A program made the translations under genes and the position numbers. Below the pieces are notes generated by a model, which saw only the letters and a list, made by a program, of their open reading frames with translations, did not search any database and was not told the DNA's origin. This document shows, piece by piece, positions 26,957 through 35,938 of a DNA stretch of 64,000 nucleotides; position 1 is the first letter of the stretch, and the number at the start of each line of letters is the position of its first letter. The DNA is from an uncultured Paludibacter sp. (lineage in GTDB: Bacteria; Bacteroidota; Bacteroidia; Bacteroidales; Paludibacteraceae). The stretch covers positions 21,305 to 85,304 of the forward strand of contig CAXXUM010000002.1 of NCBI GenBank assembly GCA_963664445.2, written 5' to 3'.

Positions 26957-29431
26957 TTAAAATTTATAAGTATAACTTACTGACGGAATAATCGGGAAAA
27001 TAGAAGTCTGTATAAGCGTATTCTTTTTTGTGTAAACTTTTGTCGATTCGTTGTAGGTGGAATTAGATTTTACAGTGACTAAGAAAGGATTCATTTGATT
27101 GTATACATTGTAAATGCTTATATTCCAAGTTCTGATGCCATGTTTCCGCTTCTTGTTGAAGTTGATACTCACATCCAGTCGGTGATAAGGTTCGTAACGA
27201 TAATTGTTTCGTGAACTGATATAGGGTATTGAATTCGTAACATCTACCGAAGTGGCATCACTGGGAACGGACGTTGTCGGACTGGTTCCCGGTATGTCGG
27301 TGGCAAGGTAATTTTGCATGGATAATGTACCTGCGCTCCCCGAACTGTAAACCCATGTTGCCGAGACATCAATCTTTTCGCTGAATTTATGTGAAACCAC
27401 TATGCTCAGGTCGTGTCTTCTGTCGTATTTCGTTGGAAACGTTTTTCCGCTGTTCAATACTTCACCGGGTCTGTCGAAAAGACGTTCGGATTTTGCCCAG
27501 GTGTATCCAATCCAACCGGTGGTTTTACCCACTGATTTTTGCGCCAGAAACTCAACTCCATACGCCCAACCACGCCCAACACTTACTTTGTCTTCCCAAC
27601 CGGTGCTCGATCCGAAAAATGATGCTCCATCTTTATATTCAATCAGATTATCCATTGACTTGTAGTATCCTTCTACCGACAATTCAATCAGATGATTCAA
27701 ATTATAGAAAGTACCAATAGTCACTTGCCGCGATTTCATTGGTTCAATTCTTTTGGTAACCGGCACCCATAAATCGGTAGGCAACGAAACATTATTGTTT
27801 GATAATAAGTGGATATACTGGCTCATGGAAGCATATCCGGCTTTTAATGATAGTTTTTCATTCAGCAAATAGCGTATTCCCAAACGCGGTTGCACTGAGT
27901 TGTAAAAATGATTTTGTACCAAAAACGAGGAATAATGTACGCCAATATTTGCTTTAATGGCATGACTGATACTTATGTTATCTTCTACATAGGCTATGGC
28001 TTCGTGCGAAACTATATTATGATCACCAATCACAGTATCAGAAGTGCCGGAAGTATTGCTTTCCATTTCGGCAACCGTTACTCCGGGTCTGAAGCGGTGA
28101 AACGTGTAGTTGGTGCCAAATTTAATATCATTGTTTGCGTTCAGAGAATAATCAAAATCTATTTTTGCCGAGATATCTTCAATGCCCGAATCGTAGTCTA
28201 ATGTTGTGTTTTTAAATGTTTCTTTTGCAGGGGAGTATCTAACGGTTTGGTTTTCATTTCCAACGGCTAAGTCGAAACTATAGTGCGTATAGGAGCCGGT
28301 TGCATTCATAAAAAGCTTGTTGGAAATAATATGATTCCAACGCAATGCACTTATAACATTTCCCCAGTTCCAATCCATCTTTAACCAGTTTGTTTCATAC
28401 CCGTTTACACCACCACTAGCGTTTGTGTATTTTACTTCACTTTGTTTGATATTTGTATATATCACATCATTGCCCACATAGGCGCTTAAATAAATGCGAT
28501 CTTTGTCCGAGAACTTGTGCGTTATCTTTGCATTCACATCGTAAAAATAATACCCGGCTCTGGTCTTCTTCAGGCTCTCCTCACCAATGGCCGACTTTAA
28601 GAACGGTTGTGCCAGCAGGTCGGCATAGGTGCGACGGGCTGAGACATTGAACGTAGTGTTTTCACTTCCTAACGGACCTTCAAGATTCATTTTAGCCGAA
28701 ATTAATCCGAGTGAGAAGCTGCCATGTAATTTTTTATTGTCGCCATCTTTCATTCTTATATCTACCACCGATGAAAGTCTTCCTCCGAATCGTGCCGGGA
28801 AACTGCCTTTGTACAATGTCACGTTTTTAATGGCGTCCGCGTTGAATATGGAGAAAAACCCAAACATGTGATTTACGTTATAAACGGGTACTCCGTCAAG
28901 CAACAACAGGTTTTCGTCGGCACCACCACCGCGAATATACAAACCGGCCGAACCTTCGACACCAGCCTTAACACCAGGCAACAATTGTAATGCTTTAATC
29001 ACGTCTTTTTCACCAAAAAGCGACGGCACTGTTTTTATCAAACTGATAGGAACATCGATAGTGCTCATTTGAGAGCCTTGCACTCCTATATTTTTTTGAT
29101 TGCCAATTACAACCAGTTCTTTCAGTTCAACAGATTCATTTATACGGACATTGATAATTGTATCTTTCGTAAGATCAAATGATTGATGATTTAATGTGTA
29201 ACCGGTAAAAAAATAGCTTAGATTCACTACGCCCTTAGGGATAGTCAGTGAATAAAAACCATACGCATTACTTAAACTTCCTTTTTTTGAATTTGCGTCA
29301 TAAATCGACGCTCCTATCAATGTTTCCCCACTTTTAGCATCTGTAATGTGTCCACTAATGGTAACACTTTGAGCATGAGTGAACAAAGAAAAAAATGTAA
29401 ACACTATGAATGTGAGGATGAATTTCGTCAT
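26957..29431 (-). CDS. TonB-dependent receptor with CarboxypepD_reg-like domain (second copy)
   Basis: Long blocks are identical to 22875..25376, for example LLLLDGVPVYNVNH.FGFFS.FNADAIKNVTLYKGSFPARFGGRLSSVVDI. It ends in SYTYKF. Confidence 0.85.
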   Translation of the reverse strand: MTKFILTFIVFTFFSLFTHAQSVTISGHITDAKSGETLIGASIYDANSKKGSLSNAYGFYSLTIPKGVVNLSYFFTGYTLNHQSFDLTKDTIINVRINESVELKELVVIGNQKNIGVQGSQMSTIDVPISLIKTVPSLFGEKDVIKALQLLPGVKAGVEGSAGLYIRGGGADENLLLLDGVPVYNVNHMFGFFSIFNADAIKNVTLYKGSFPARFGGRLSSVVDIRMKDGDNKKLHGSFSLGLISAKMNLEGPLGSENTTFNVSARRTYADLLAQPFLKSAIGEESLKKTRAGYYFYDVNAKITHKFSDKDRIYLSAYVGNDVIYTNIKQSEVKYTNASGGVNGYETNWLKMDWNWGNVISALRWNHIISNKLFMNATGSYTHYSFDLAVGNENQTVRYSPAKETFKNTTLDYDSGIEDISAKIDFDYSLNANNDIKFGTNYTFHRFRPGVTVAEMESNTSGTSDTVIGDHNIVSHEAIAYVEDNISISHAIKANIGVHYSSFLVQNHFYNSVQPRLGIRYLLNEKLSLKAGYASMSQYIHLLSNNNVSLPTDLWVPVTKRIEPMKSRQVTIGTFYNLNHLIELSVEGYYKSMDNLIEYKDGASFFGSSTGWEDKVSVGRGWAYGVEFLAQKSVGKTTGWIGYTWAKSERLFDRPGEVLNSGKTFPTKYDRRHDLSIVVSHKFSEKIDVSATWVYSSGSAGTLSMQNYLATDIPGTSPTTSVPSDATSVDVTNSIPYISSRNNYRYEPYHRLDVSINFNKKRKHGIRTWNISIYNVYNQMNPFLVTVKSNSTYNESTKVYTKKNTLIQTSIFPIIPSVSYTYKF

Positions 29432-29459
29432 AGAAACGCATTCTTGTTAAAGTGATATG

Positions 29460-29467
29460 CAAATATA
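29460..29467 (-). promoter_or_regulatory. -7 box (TATATTTG) for TBDR cassette 2
   Basis: 29 nt upstream of ATG 29431. Confidence 0.55.
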
Positions 29468-29590
29468 TTTAGAACTTTTGTTTTGTAATGTAGTAAAACG
29501 TTTATAATGCTAAAAAAGTTTGTAGATTATAGAATGATAATTTTTTTAAGTGTTGTAGTAATTAATTCATATTTCATTGATAATGAATGA

Positions 29591-29627
29591 TAAAAAATCC
29601 CCACAGCTCAATAAAGAGTGCGGGGAT
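29591..29627 (-). terminator. Terminator after NAD(P)-binding paralog 1
   Basis: ATCCCCAC / GTGCGGGGAT stem with a T6 run on the minus strand. Homologous to the hairpin at 30541-30580. Confidence 0.6.
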
Positions 29628-29652
29628 AGTAGATGTGGTGGGCGTTTCGGGT

Positions 29653-30300
29653 TTATTTGGCCAATTGATACACCTCATCGAGCGTGTAAATAGTGGAATG
29701 ATATTTTCGTGCTGCGTGTATCATTGCCTTTGCCACTATTTTTTCCTTGATAGGTTTGAATTGTTTCAAAAGTCCGATTTTATTCAAGCGGCGTAGCATA
29801 GATAATTTGATCCTGTCGCTAATTTGTGTTTTGGTTCTGTTTCCATAGAGTTTACCCGGACGTAGAATATTTATATATTCAAATGGTAAGTGTTGAACAG
29901 CTTTGTCAAGTCTGCCTTTTATTTTTCTATAAAATGCACCGGAATTAATATCAGCGTCGGCCGATGAAACTAATACATAGGCTGTAACGCCATTTTGTGC
30001 AGCTACCTCAGCCACCTTGTACTGGTAACTGTAATCTACCTTGTATTGCTCGTCTTTTGTTTTGGCTTGCTCAGCAGTGCCCCATGTGGAGAACAGCACA
30101 TCGCCTTGTACGGTATCTTTCCATGTTTCAGGAGTGTTGATGTCAATTATGTGCTCGGTTAGTTTTGAATTACTTAAGCCACAGGGCTTGAGTCCCAGAG
30201 AAATGATTTCAGTAAAATTCTCGTTTTCAATAAGTTTTTCGATTAGTTCTTTGCCTACCGTTCCGGTAGCTCCAAGAACAATTGCTTTGTGGATACTCAT
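29653..30300 (-). CDS. NAD(P)H-binding atypical SDR / NmrA-like oxidoreductase
   Basis: Rossmann motif KAIVLGATGTVGKEL. Start taken at ATG 30300 by comparison with the paralog. Confidence 0.65.
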   Translation of the reverse strand: MSIHKAIVLGATGTVGKELIEKLIENENFTEIISLGLKPCGLSNSKLTEHIIDINTPETWKDTVQGDVLFSTWGTAEQAKTKDEQYKVDYSYQYKVAEVAAQNGVTAYVLVSSADADINSGAFYRKIKGRLDKAVQHLPFEYINILRPGKLYGNRTKTQISDRIKLSMLRRLNKIGLLKQFKPIKEKIVAKAMIHAARKYHSTIYTLDEVYQLAK

Positions 30301-30540
30301 AAGATACAATTTAGTTACAGGTTCTGCTATTTAGTGAAATATTATTTATTGATGAGGGTATTATCAATACTATAAAATTTATGCATGTTCCAACTAGGGT
30401 ACTTTTATCCGAATGTAGCTTGCAAAAATAATGAATGGTTTTAGAATGGAATGTAGTGAAATAAATTTATTTTAAATTTATTTGTAGTTTTCTAAGTGGC
30501 AATTGCTTTATGGCGCAGTAGTAAAATAGCATAAATGTCC

Positions 30541-30580
30541 AAAAAACAATCCCCACAAACCCATTGGGAATGTGGGGATT
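30541..30580 (-). terminator. Terminator after NAD(P)-binding paralog 2
   Basis: AATCCCCACA / TGTGGGGATT stem with a T6 run on the minus strand. Confidence 0.65.
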
Positions 30581-30600
30581 ATGGATGGGGATATTGGACC

Positions 30601-31251
30601 TTATTTTGCAAGTTCGTGAACTTCGTCGAGGGTATAAATGGTGGAATGTGTTTTCCGGGCAGCATGAATCATTGCCTTAGCCACTTTTATGTCCTTAATG
30701 GGCTTGTAGCGCTTGAATAAACCTATTTTATTCAGGCTGTGCATTACAGATAATCCAACTTTTTCGCCAATACGTTTTTCGCTTCGTCTACCATAGAGCT
30801 GACCCGGGCGCAAAATGTTGATGTATTCAAACGGCAGACTTTGAACTGCTTCGTCCAGCTTGCCTTTTGTGCTCATATAGAAAGCTTTTGAATTGGCATT
30901 GGCTCCTGCCGATGATATCAGCACATAACTCGTAGCTCCGTTTTCCACAGCTATTTTGGCAACATTGTATTGGTACGTGAAGTCAACCTTAAACTGCTCT
31001 TCTTTGCTTTTTGCTTTGGCAATAGTTGTTCCTAAAGCAGAAAATAGGACATCTCCCTTTACAAGGTCTTTCCAGGTTTCAGGATGGTCAAAATCAATAA
31101 CATGTTCGTCGAGTTTTGGATTTGAAACTCCACTCGGACGGCGAACCAGAGAGATAATTTCAGAATAATGTTCGTTTTCAATCAGTTTTTTTACAAGTTC
31201 TTTTCCTACCATACCGGTAGAGCCTATCACAATAGCTTTTTGATTGTTCAT
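30601..31251 (-). CDS. NAD(P)H-binding atypical SDR / NmrA-like oxidoreductase (tandem paralog)
   Basis: Motif KAIVIGSTGMVGKEL. The C-terminus KAMIHAARKTHSTIYTLDEVHELAK is nearly identical to the neighbouring gene. Confidence 0.65.
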   Translation of the reverse strand: MNNQKAIVIGSTGMVGKELVKKLIENEHYSEIISLVRRPSGVSNPKLDEHVIDFDHPETWKDLVKGDVLFSALGTTIAKAKSKEEQFKVDFTYQYNVAKIAVENGATSYVLISSAGANANSKAFYMSTKGKLDEAVQSLPFEYINILRPGQLYGRRSEKRIGEKVGLSVMHSLNKIGLFKRYKPIKDIKVAKAMIHAARKTHSTIYTLDEVHELAK

Positions 31252-31422
31252 AATAAGTTAGTTACAGGTTGTTTTTGTTGCGTTATATATGTAGTACTAT
31301 TACTTTTCATTACAAATGCATACGCTGAATTACATTTTAGTACAGCGAAATAAATTGTAATAATCAAATCATTCATGTAATTGAATGGGAGTAATGCTTA
31401 CAATTAGCAACAACCCCATCTA

Positions 31423-32646
31423 TCAACTATCTATATGTATATCTCTGAATCCTAAGAAATACAATACGCCATCCAATCCAATAGTAGAAATAGATTGTTG
31501 CGCATTGGCTTTAACCTTTGGTTTAGCATGAAATGCAATTCCAAGTCCGGCGAGGTTCAACATTGGTAAATCGTTGGCTCCGTCGCCTACAGCTATTACT
31601 TGCTCCAAATCAATTTTCTCTACCTGAGCAATCAGTTTCAGCAATTCAGCTTTTCGTTTACCGTCAACAATATCACCCACATGATTTCCGGTAAGTTTAC
31701 CATCGATAATTTCCAATTCGTTGGCGTAAACATAATCCACATCGAACAGTTTTTTCAGATGATTACCAAAATACGTGAAACCGCCCGAAAGTATAGCAAT
31801 TTTAAAGCCACATTTTTTTAAGATGTGCATCAAGCGTTCGGCGCCATCCATAATGGGTAGGTTTTTTGCTACTTCTTCCATCACGCTTTCGTCCAATCCC
31901 TCGAGTAATGCTACCCGTTGTTTGAAACTCTCATTAAAATCAATTTCGCCACGCATGGCTGCTTCGGTAATCGCTCTCACCTTTTCGCCCACTCCTGCAC
32001 GATCGGCCAATTCGTCTATCACCTCTGTTTTGATAAGTGTTGAATCCATATCAAAGCATATCAACCGGCGGTTGCGGCGGAACATATCATCTTTTTGGAA
32101 TGAAATGTCGATACCCAGTTCGGCCGAATAAGCAAGAAACTGCGCTGAAAGTATACTTTTATCAACCAACTCACCACGAACGGAAAGCTCTATACATGCC
32201 CGAATCGAATTTTCATCCTCTGTTTGTAAGCTCGGGCGACCGGTTAACCGTCGGATAGAATCGATATTCAAATTCTGGTCTGAGATAGCCTTAGTTACTT
32301 TCGATAATTGCCTGGCAGTAATTATTTTACCAAGAATAGTTACAATGTATCTGCCTTTACCCTGACGACCAACCCAATTGGTGTATCTTTCTTCGCTTAC
32401 CGTTGTAAAGCGAACGTTTACGCTCAATTCAGAGCATTTAAAAAGCACTTCCTTTAAAATATGTCCCGAAGCTGCATTGTCGGACATTTTGAACAGTATT
32501 CCCAGCGACAGCGTGTGATGAATATCCGCCTGACCTATGTCTAAAATTGTGGCATCGTATTTTCCTAAAATTTCTGTAATTGCTGATGTTACTCCGGGTT
32601 TGTCATCGCCCGATATACTGATTAAAATAATTTCACTGTTTGGCAT
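31423..32646 (-). CDS. serB: Phosphoserine phosphatase SerB with N-terminal ACT-like domains
   Basis: HAD motif I FDMDSTLI. The later motifs SGGF and GDGANDLPM are also present. The N-terminal half is ACT-like. Confidence 0.85.
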   Translation of the reverse strand: MPNSEIILISISGDDKPGVTSAITEILGKYDATILDIGQADIHHTLSLGILFKMSDNAASGHILKEVLFKCSELSVNVRFTTVSEERYTNWVGRQGKGRYIVTILGKIITARQLSKVTKAISDQNLNIDSIRRLTGRPSLQTEDENSIRACIELSVRGELVDKSILSAQFLAYSAELGIDISFQKDDMFRRNRRLICFDMDSTLIKTEVIDELADRAGVGEKVRAITEAAMRGEIDFNESFKQRVALLEGLDESVMEEVAKNLPIMDGAERLMHILKKCGFKIAILSGGFTYFGNHLKKLFDVDYVYANELEIIDGKLTGNHVGDIVDGKRKAELLKLIAQVEKIDLEQVIAVGDGANDLPMLNLAGLGIAFHAKPKVKANAQQSISTIGLDGVLYFLGFRDIHIDS

Positions 32647-32729
32647 AAAATTGATAACTGTATTATTAGATGAGATATTGAGATCTAACGTTGCAGCACT
32701 TTTGTACTTTTAACGCTAAAATTAAGTAT

Positions 32730-34106
32730 TTATTTCCGGCGCATGTATTTTTCTCTTGTTTCGAGTACATCATGCACATATCTTGCGGTTATTTTGCCTC
32801 TGTAGAAACCGTATTTTACCACTTTATCCTGATAAAATTCGGGTTCGCTTTTTTTGAGGAGATAATATTCTACATTATTGAACCAAACCTGGGGGTTCTT
32901 CCCATATTTCTTTGCCAGGGCCATGGCATCAAGCACGTGTGCAGGGCCGGAGTTATAGCCGGCTAATATAAATTTGATTCGCTCATTTTTGTCAGCCACT
33001 GCTCTGAAAGTCATGCTCAAACTTTTGATATACTGAACCCCTGCTTCTATATTCATTTCGGGGTCTAATTTAGTAGTACTGTTTAGGCCAAAATTTGATG
33101 CTGTGTGTGGCATCAGTTGCATCAATCCTACAGCACCCGCCCACGATCTTTCCGAAGCATCAAATCGAGACTCGTGAAATGCCACTGCAGCCAATAATTG
33201 CCAGTCCCACCCAATTAAAGGAGCATATTTTTTAAATAAATGATCAAAAGGTGATATAGCCCCTTTCGGAATTCTTATTCTTTTGAGTGCAAAGTACGGA
33301 CTTTCGTCCCAATATTTATCAAAAAGTGAAGATTGTAAATCTACAATCTCCGGTAGTTTTTCCCATGTTTCGATGGCTTTTTGCAAGTTCGGATTTCCTT
33401 TTCTGATCAACCAACCATTGTGCTGCCCGAAACTCACCGGCATTCGGCAATCAATATCCCTGTAAAACGATTTATGAAGCAAAGCCATGTTATGATATGC
33501 GAACGTGTAATCAATCTTTTTTTCACCCACCATGTCGATCAGATCTTCATTTGAGAGCGAGTCGGCAGCAAGAACGATATTAATTGTTCCACCAATTTCG
33601 TCGTTTATAGCTTGCAATCGTTGATGAAAAACGCTGTTGGCTTTTACGTAAACGCTTTTACCCGCCAACTCAGAAATATCGGATAGGGGATTGGCACTTA
33701 AATTCTGAACCAACACCTGGTAAGACTCCGACTGAGGTAACACGAACTGGAAATGCTCCTTCAATGCTTTTGTTTCAATAAAATTATAACAGGCTATATC
33801 TACTTTGTCTTCGCGGAGCCACTGCGTCATCTCTTCTTCGTCTTTGGCAATGTTGATTTTGAGATTTACATTCAGGTTGTTAGCCAGATTACCCACCATT
33901 TCGTAGTCAAATCCCATCATCTCGTCGCGATACAAAAAATAAGATGTTGATCCGTACATGGTTGCTACTCTTAGCGTGTCAGATTGAATAATCTCTTTCA
34001 GATCGGTAGTTTGCGCAACTAACCCCACCTCCTTTTTCTTTGCTCCGCACGATGCCAGCAAAAAAACGGAAAATAAAAGGAACGTGATGTGGTTTGTGAT
34101 TCGCAT
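32730..34106 (-). CDS. mltF: Membrane-bound lytic murein transglycosylase F-like (solute-binding domain plus SLT domain)
   Basis: Lipobox LLASC, an SBP_bac_3-like N-domain and SLT motifs AFHESRFD, GLMQLMP and AGYNSGPAHV. Confidence 0.8.
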   Translation of the reverse strand: MRITNHITFLLFSVFLLASCGAKKKEVGLVAQTTDLKEIIQSDTLRVATMYGSTSYFLYRDEMMGFDYEMVGNLANNLNVNLKINIAKDEEEMTQWLREDKVDIACYNFIETKALKEHFQFVLPQSESYQVLVQNLSANPLSDISELAGKSVYVKANSVFHQRLQAINDEIGGTINIVLAADSLSNEDLIDMVGEKKIDYTFAYHNMALLHKSFYRDIDCRMPVSFGQHNGWLIRKGNPNLQKAIETWEKLPEIVDLQSSLFDKYWDESPYFALKRIRIPKGAISPFDHLFKKYAPLIGWDWQLLAAVAFHESRFDASERSWAGAVGLMQLMPHTASNFGLNSTTKLDPEMNIEAGVQYIKSLSMTFRAVADKNERIKFILAGYNSGPAHVLDAMALAKKYGKNPQVWFNNVEYYLLKKSEPEFYQDKVVKYGFYRGKITARYVHDVLETREKYMRRK

Positions 34107-34115
34107 AGATAGATT

Positions 34116-34190
34116 TAATTCATAATTTGCAATGCATAATTCAGAATAAGAATAATTTTAATTATGAATTATGCATTTTGAATTATACAT
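34116..34190 (-). terminator. AATTCATAAT-type AT-rich hairpin overlapping the stop codon of the exonuclease gene
   Basis: AATTCATAATTTGCAATGCATAATTC ... AATTATGAATTATGCATTTTGAATTAT form imperfect inverted arms. Confidence 0.45.
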
Positions 34191-34932
34191 TATTTGGAAT
34201 GTGCTCAATATTTTGTTCTTTAATGACTTCGAACCCATTCATTCGCAGAAAAACCTGCGCTGTGGCGAGTACATCTTTCTGGCAATAAGTAGCTATTCTA
34301 TCAAGGTTTTTCTCTTTGTAATAGACCTCTGCCACCTGACTTCCATCAATATCATCTTTAGGTGTTGGGATGTTAAACACAGCCGTAAGCAGTTTGAGCG
34401 AGGTGTAATTTTTATAGTCGCCAAACTTCCACAATTCCAATGTGTCGATAAAATTTATTTCCCATGGTTTTTTACCGGCAATTTGAAAAATGGCGGGCAA
34501 AGCCAGCCCATTTATCAACATGCGTCTGCAAATATACGGAATATCAAACTCTTTTACGTTATGTCCGCAGAGTGTGTGCTCTTTAGTGGTGCAAAATTTG
34601 GCAATAAGATGTGTAAATTCAATGAGTAATTGTCGTTCATCATCATTGGCAAATGACTTGGTGCGAAAGTGCATTTCCACACCCTGAAAATGGATAAATC
34701 CAACGGATATACACACGATTTTTCCAAATTCGGAATAGATGCCTGCACTCGAATTAAAGGCTTCGCCTGTTGTAGTCTCGTCGGTGTATTTCTCGGGCAT
34801 GCGTGCCTGAATGAGTTTGAACTTATCGTCCCAACAGTGAGCCAATGCTTCCGGCAATTGCGAATAATCGGCAGTTTGTGGCACTGTCTCGATGTCTAGA
34901 AACATGATTTTTTGTAAGTCGCTTTTCAACAT
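34183..34932 (-). CDS. Predicted 3'-5' exonuclease of the PolB-exonuclease-like (RNase H fold) family
   Basis: The first acidic motif is MFLDIETVP. Later conserved motifs are GHN..FDIPY and YCQKDV. Confidence 0.65.
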   Translation of the reverse strand: MLKSDLQKIMFLDIETVPQTADYSQLPEALAHCWDDKFKLIQARMPEKYTDETTTGEAFNSSAGIYSEFGKIVCISVGFIHFQGVEMHFRTKSFANDDERQLLIEFTHLIAKFCTTKEHTLCGHNVKEFDIPYICRRMLINGLALPAIFQIAGKKPWEINFIDTLELWKFGDYKNYTSLKLLTAVFNIPTPKDDIDGSQVAEVYYKEKNLDRIATYCQKDVLATAQVFLRMNGFEVIKEQNIEHIPNNV

Positions 34933-34940
34933 AAGCTTTT

Positions 34941-35076
34941 CAGTTATCAGTTAGTAGCAATCAGTTAATAGTTATCAGTTATCAGTTATCAATAGGCAGC
35001 AAGTCGATAACTATCAACTATCAACTATCCACTATCCACTATCGATTATCAACTATTAACTGATGACTGCTAACTG
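34941..35076 (-). repeat. About 135-nt imperfect palindrome built from AGTTATC-like heptamers, overlapping the udk 3' end
   Basis: The left arm CAGTTATCAGTTAGTAGCAATCAGTTAATAGTTATCAGTTATCAGTTATC pairs with the right arm GATAACTATCAACTATCAACTATCC...AACTATTAACTGATGACTGCTAACTG. Confidence 0.65.
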
Positions 35077-35676
35077 TCTACTGAGTATATACTTGGTTAA
35101 GATATCAATGGCAATATGGTTGTTGCCGCCTTGCGGAATGATCAGGTCGGCAAAGCGCTTGGAAGGTTCTATAAATTGTAAATGCATGGGTTTTACAGTA
35201 CATTCGTAGCGTTCCATAACCTTGTTTACCGATCGTCCACGTTCCACAATATCGCGATTAATGACCCGAATCAGACGATCATCGGCATCGGCATCGACAA
35301 ATACTTTCAGGTCCATCATCTCGCGCAACTCGGGATTGGTAAGTACCAAAATTCCCTCTACAATGATTACATGGCAGGGTGCGATGGGAATAGTTTCGGT
35401 GGCGCGGGTGCAAGTGAGATAGGAGTAGATGGGCTGTTCAATAGTCTTGCCCTTTTTAAGCGCTTTCAAATGTTTCACTAATAACTCAAATTCAATCGAA
35501 TCGGGATGATCGAAGTTGATCTCCAAACGATCTTCCAATGGGAGATGACTGCTGTCGCGATAATACGAATCCTGTGGAAGAATAACTACTTCGCCCTGAG
35601 GTAAGCGTTCTAAAATTTTACGAACAACAGTTGATTTACCCGATCCTGTTCCGCCCGCAATTCCAATTATTAGCAT
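35056..35676 (-). CDS. udk: Uridine kinase
   Basis: 206 aa. P-loop GIAGGTGSGKST and typical Udk blocks (DSYY, FDHPD, EGIL). Confidence 0.9.
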   Translation of the reverse strand: MLIIGIAGGTGSGKSTVVRKILERLPQGEVVILPQDSYYRDSSHLPLEDRLEINFDHPDSIEFELLVKHLKALKKGKTIEQPIYSYLTCTRATETIPIAPCHVIIVEGILVLTNPELREMMDLKVFVDADADDRLIRVINRDIVERGRSVNKVMERYECTVKPMHLQFIEPSKRFADLIIPQGGNNHIAIDILTKYILSRQLAVIS

Positions 35677-35900
35677 ACTGTTTTTATGTTAGTTTTCAGA
35701 CCACTAAAGTAAGAAATTATTCTTTTTTGACCGACTTTGTCGAATGTTTTTTTTTACATGTGAATGCTCGGTTTTTATATTGCTGATATTTAGTCAGATA
35801 TAAATGGGCGTTAATTGCATTGTTATTACAAAATAGTTAATCTATATCTGCATGTGTAAATAATGAGCTTGTATTTTAAGATAAACTATTAAAAATATCG

Positions 35901-35908
35901 TATATTTG
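35901..35908 (+). promoter_or_regulatory. -7 box (TATATTTG) for the GH20 gene
   Basis: 31 nt upstream of ATG 35939. Confidence 0.55.
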
Positions 35909-35938
35909 TGCAAGCAAAATACAAAAATAAATAGTGAT

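Noticed and set aside
34941-35076. The heptamer-periodic and AATTCATAAT-periodic stretches considered as CRISPR arrays or satellite DNA
   Set aside because: The units are 6-11 nt with no unique spacers and are arranged as inverted arms. They are better described as long hairpins at gene ends.
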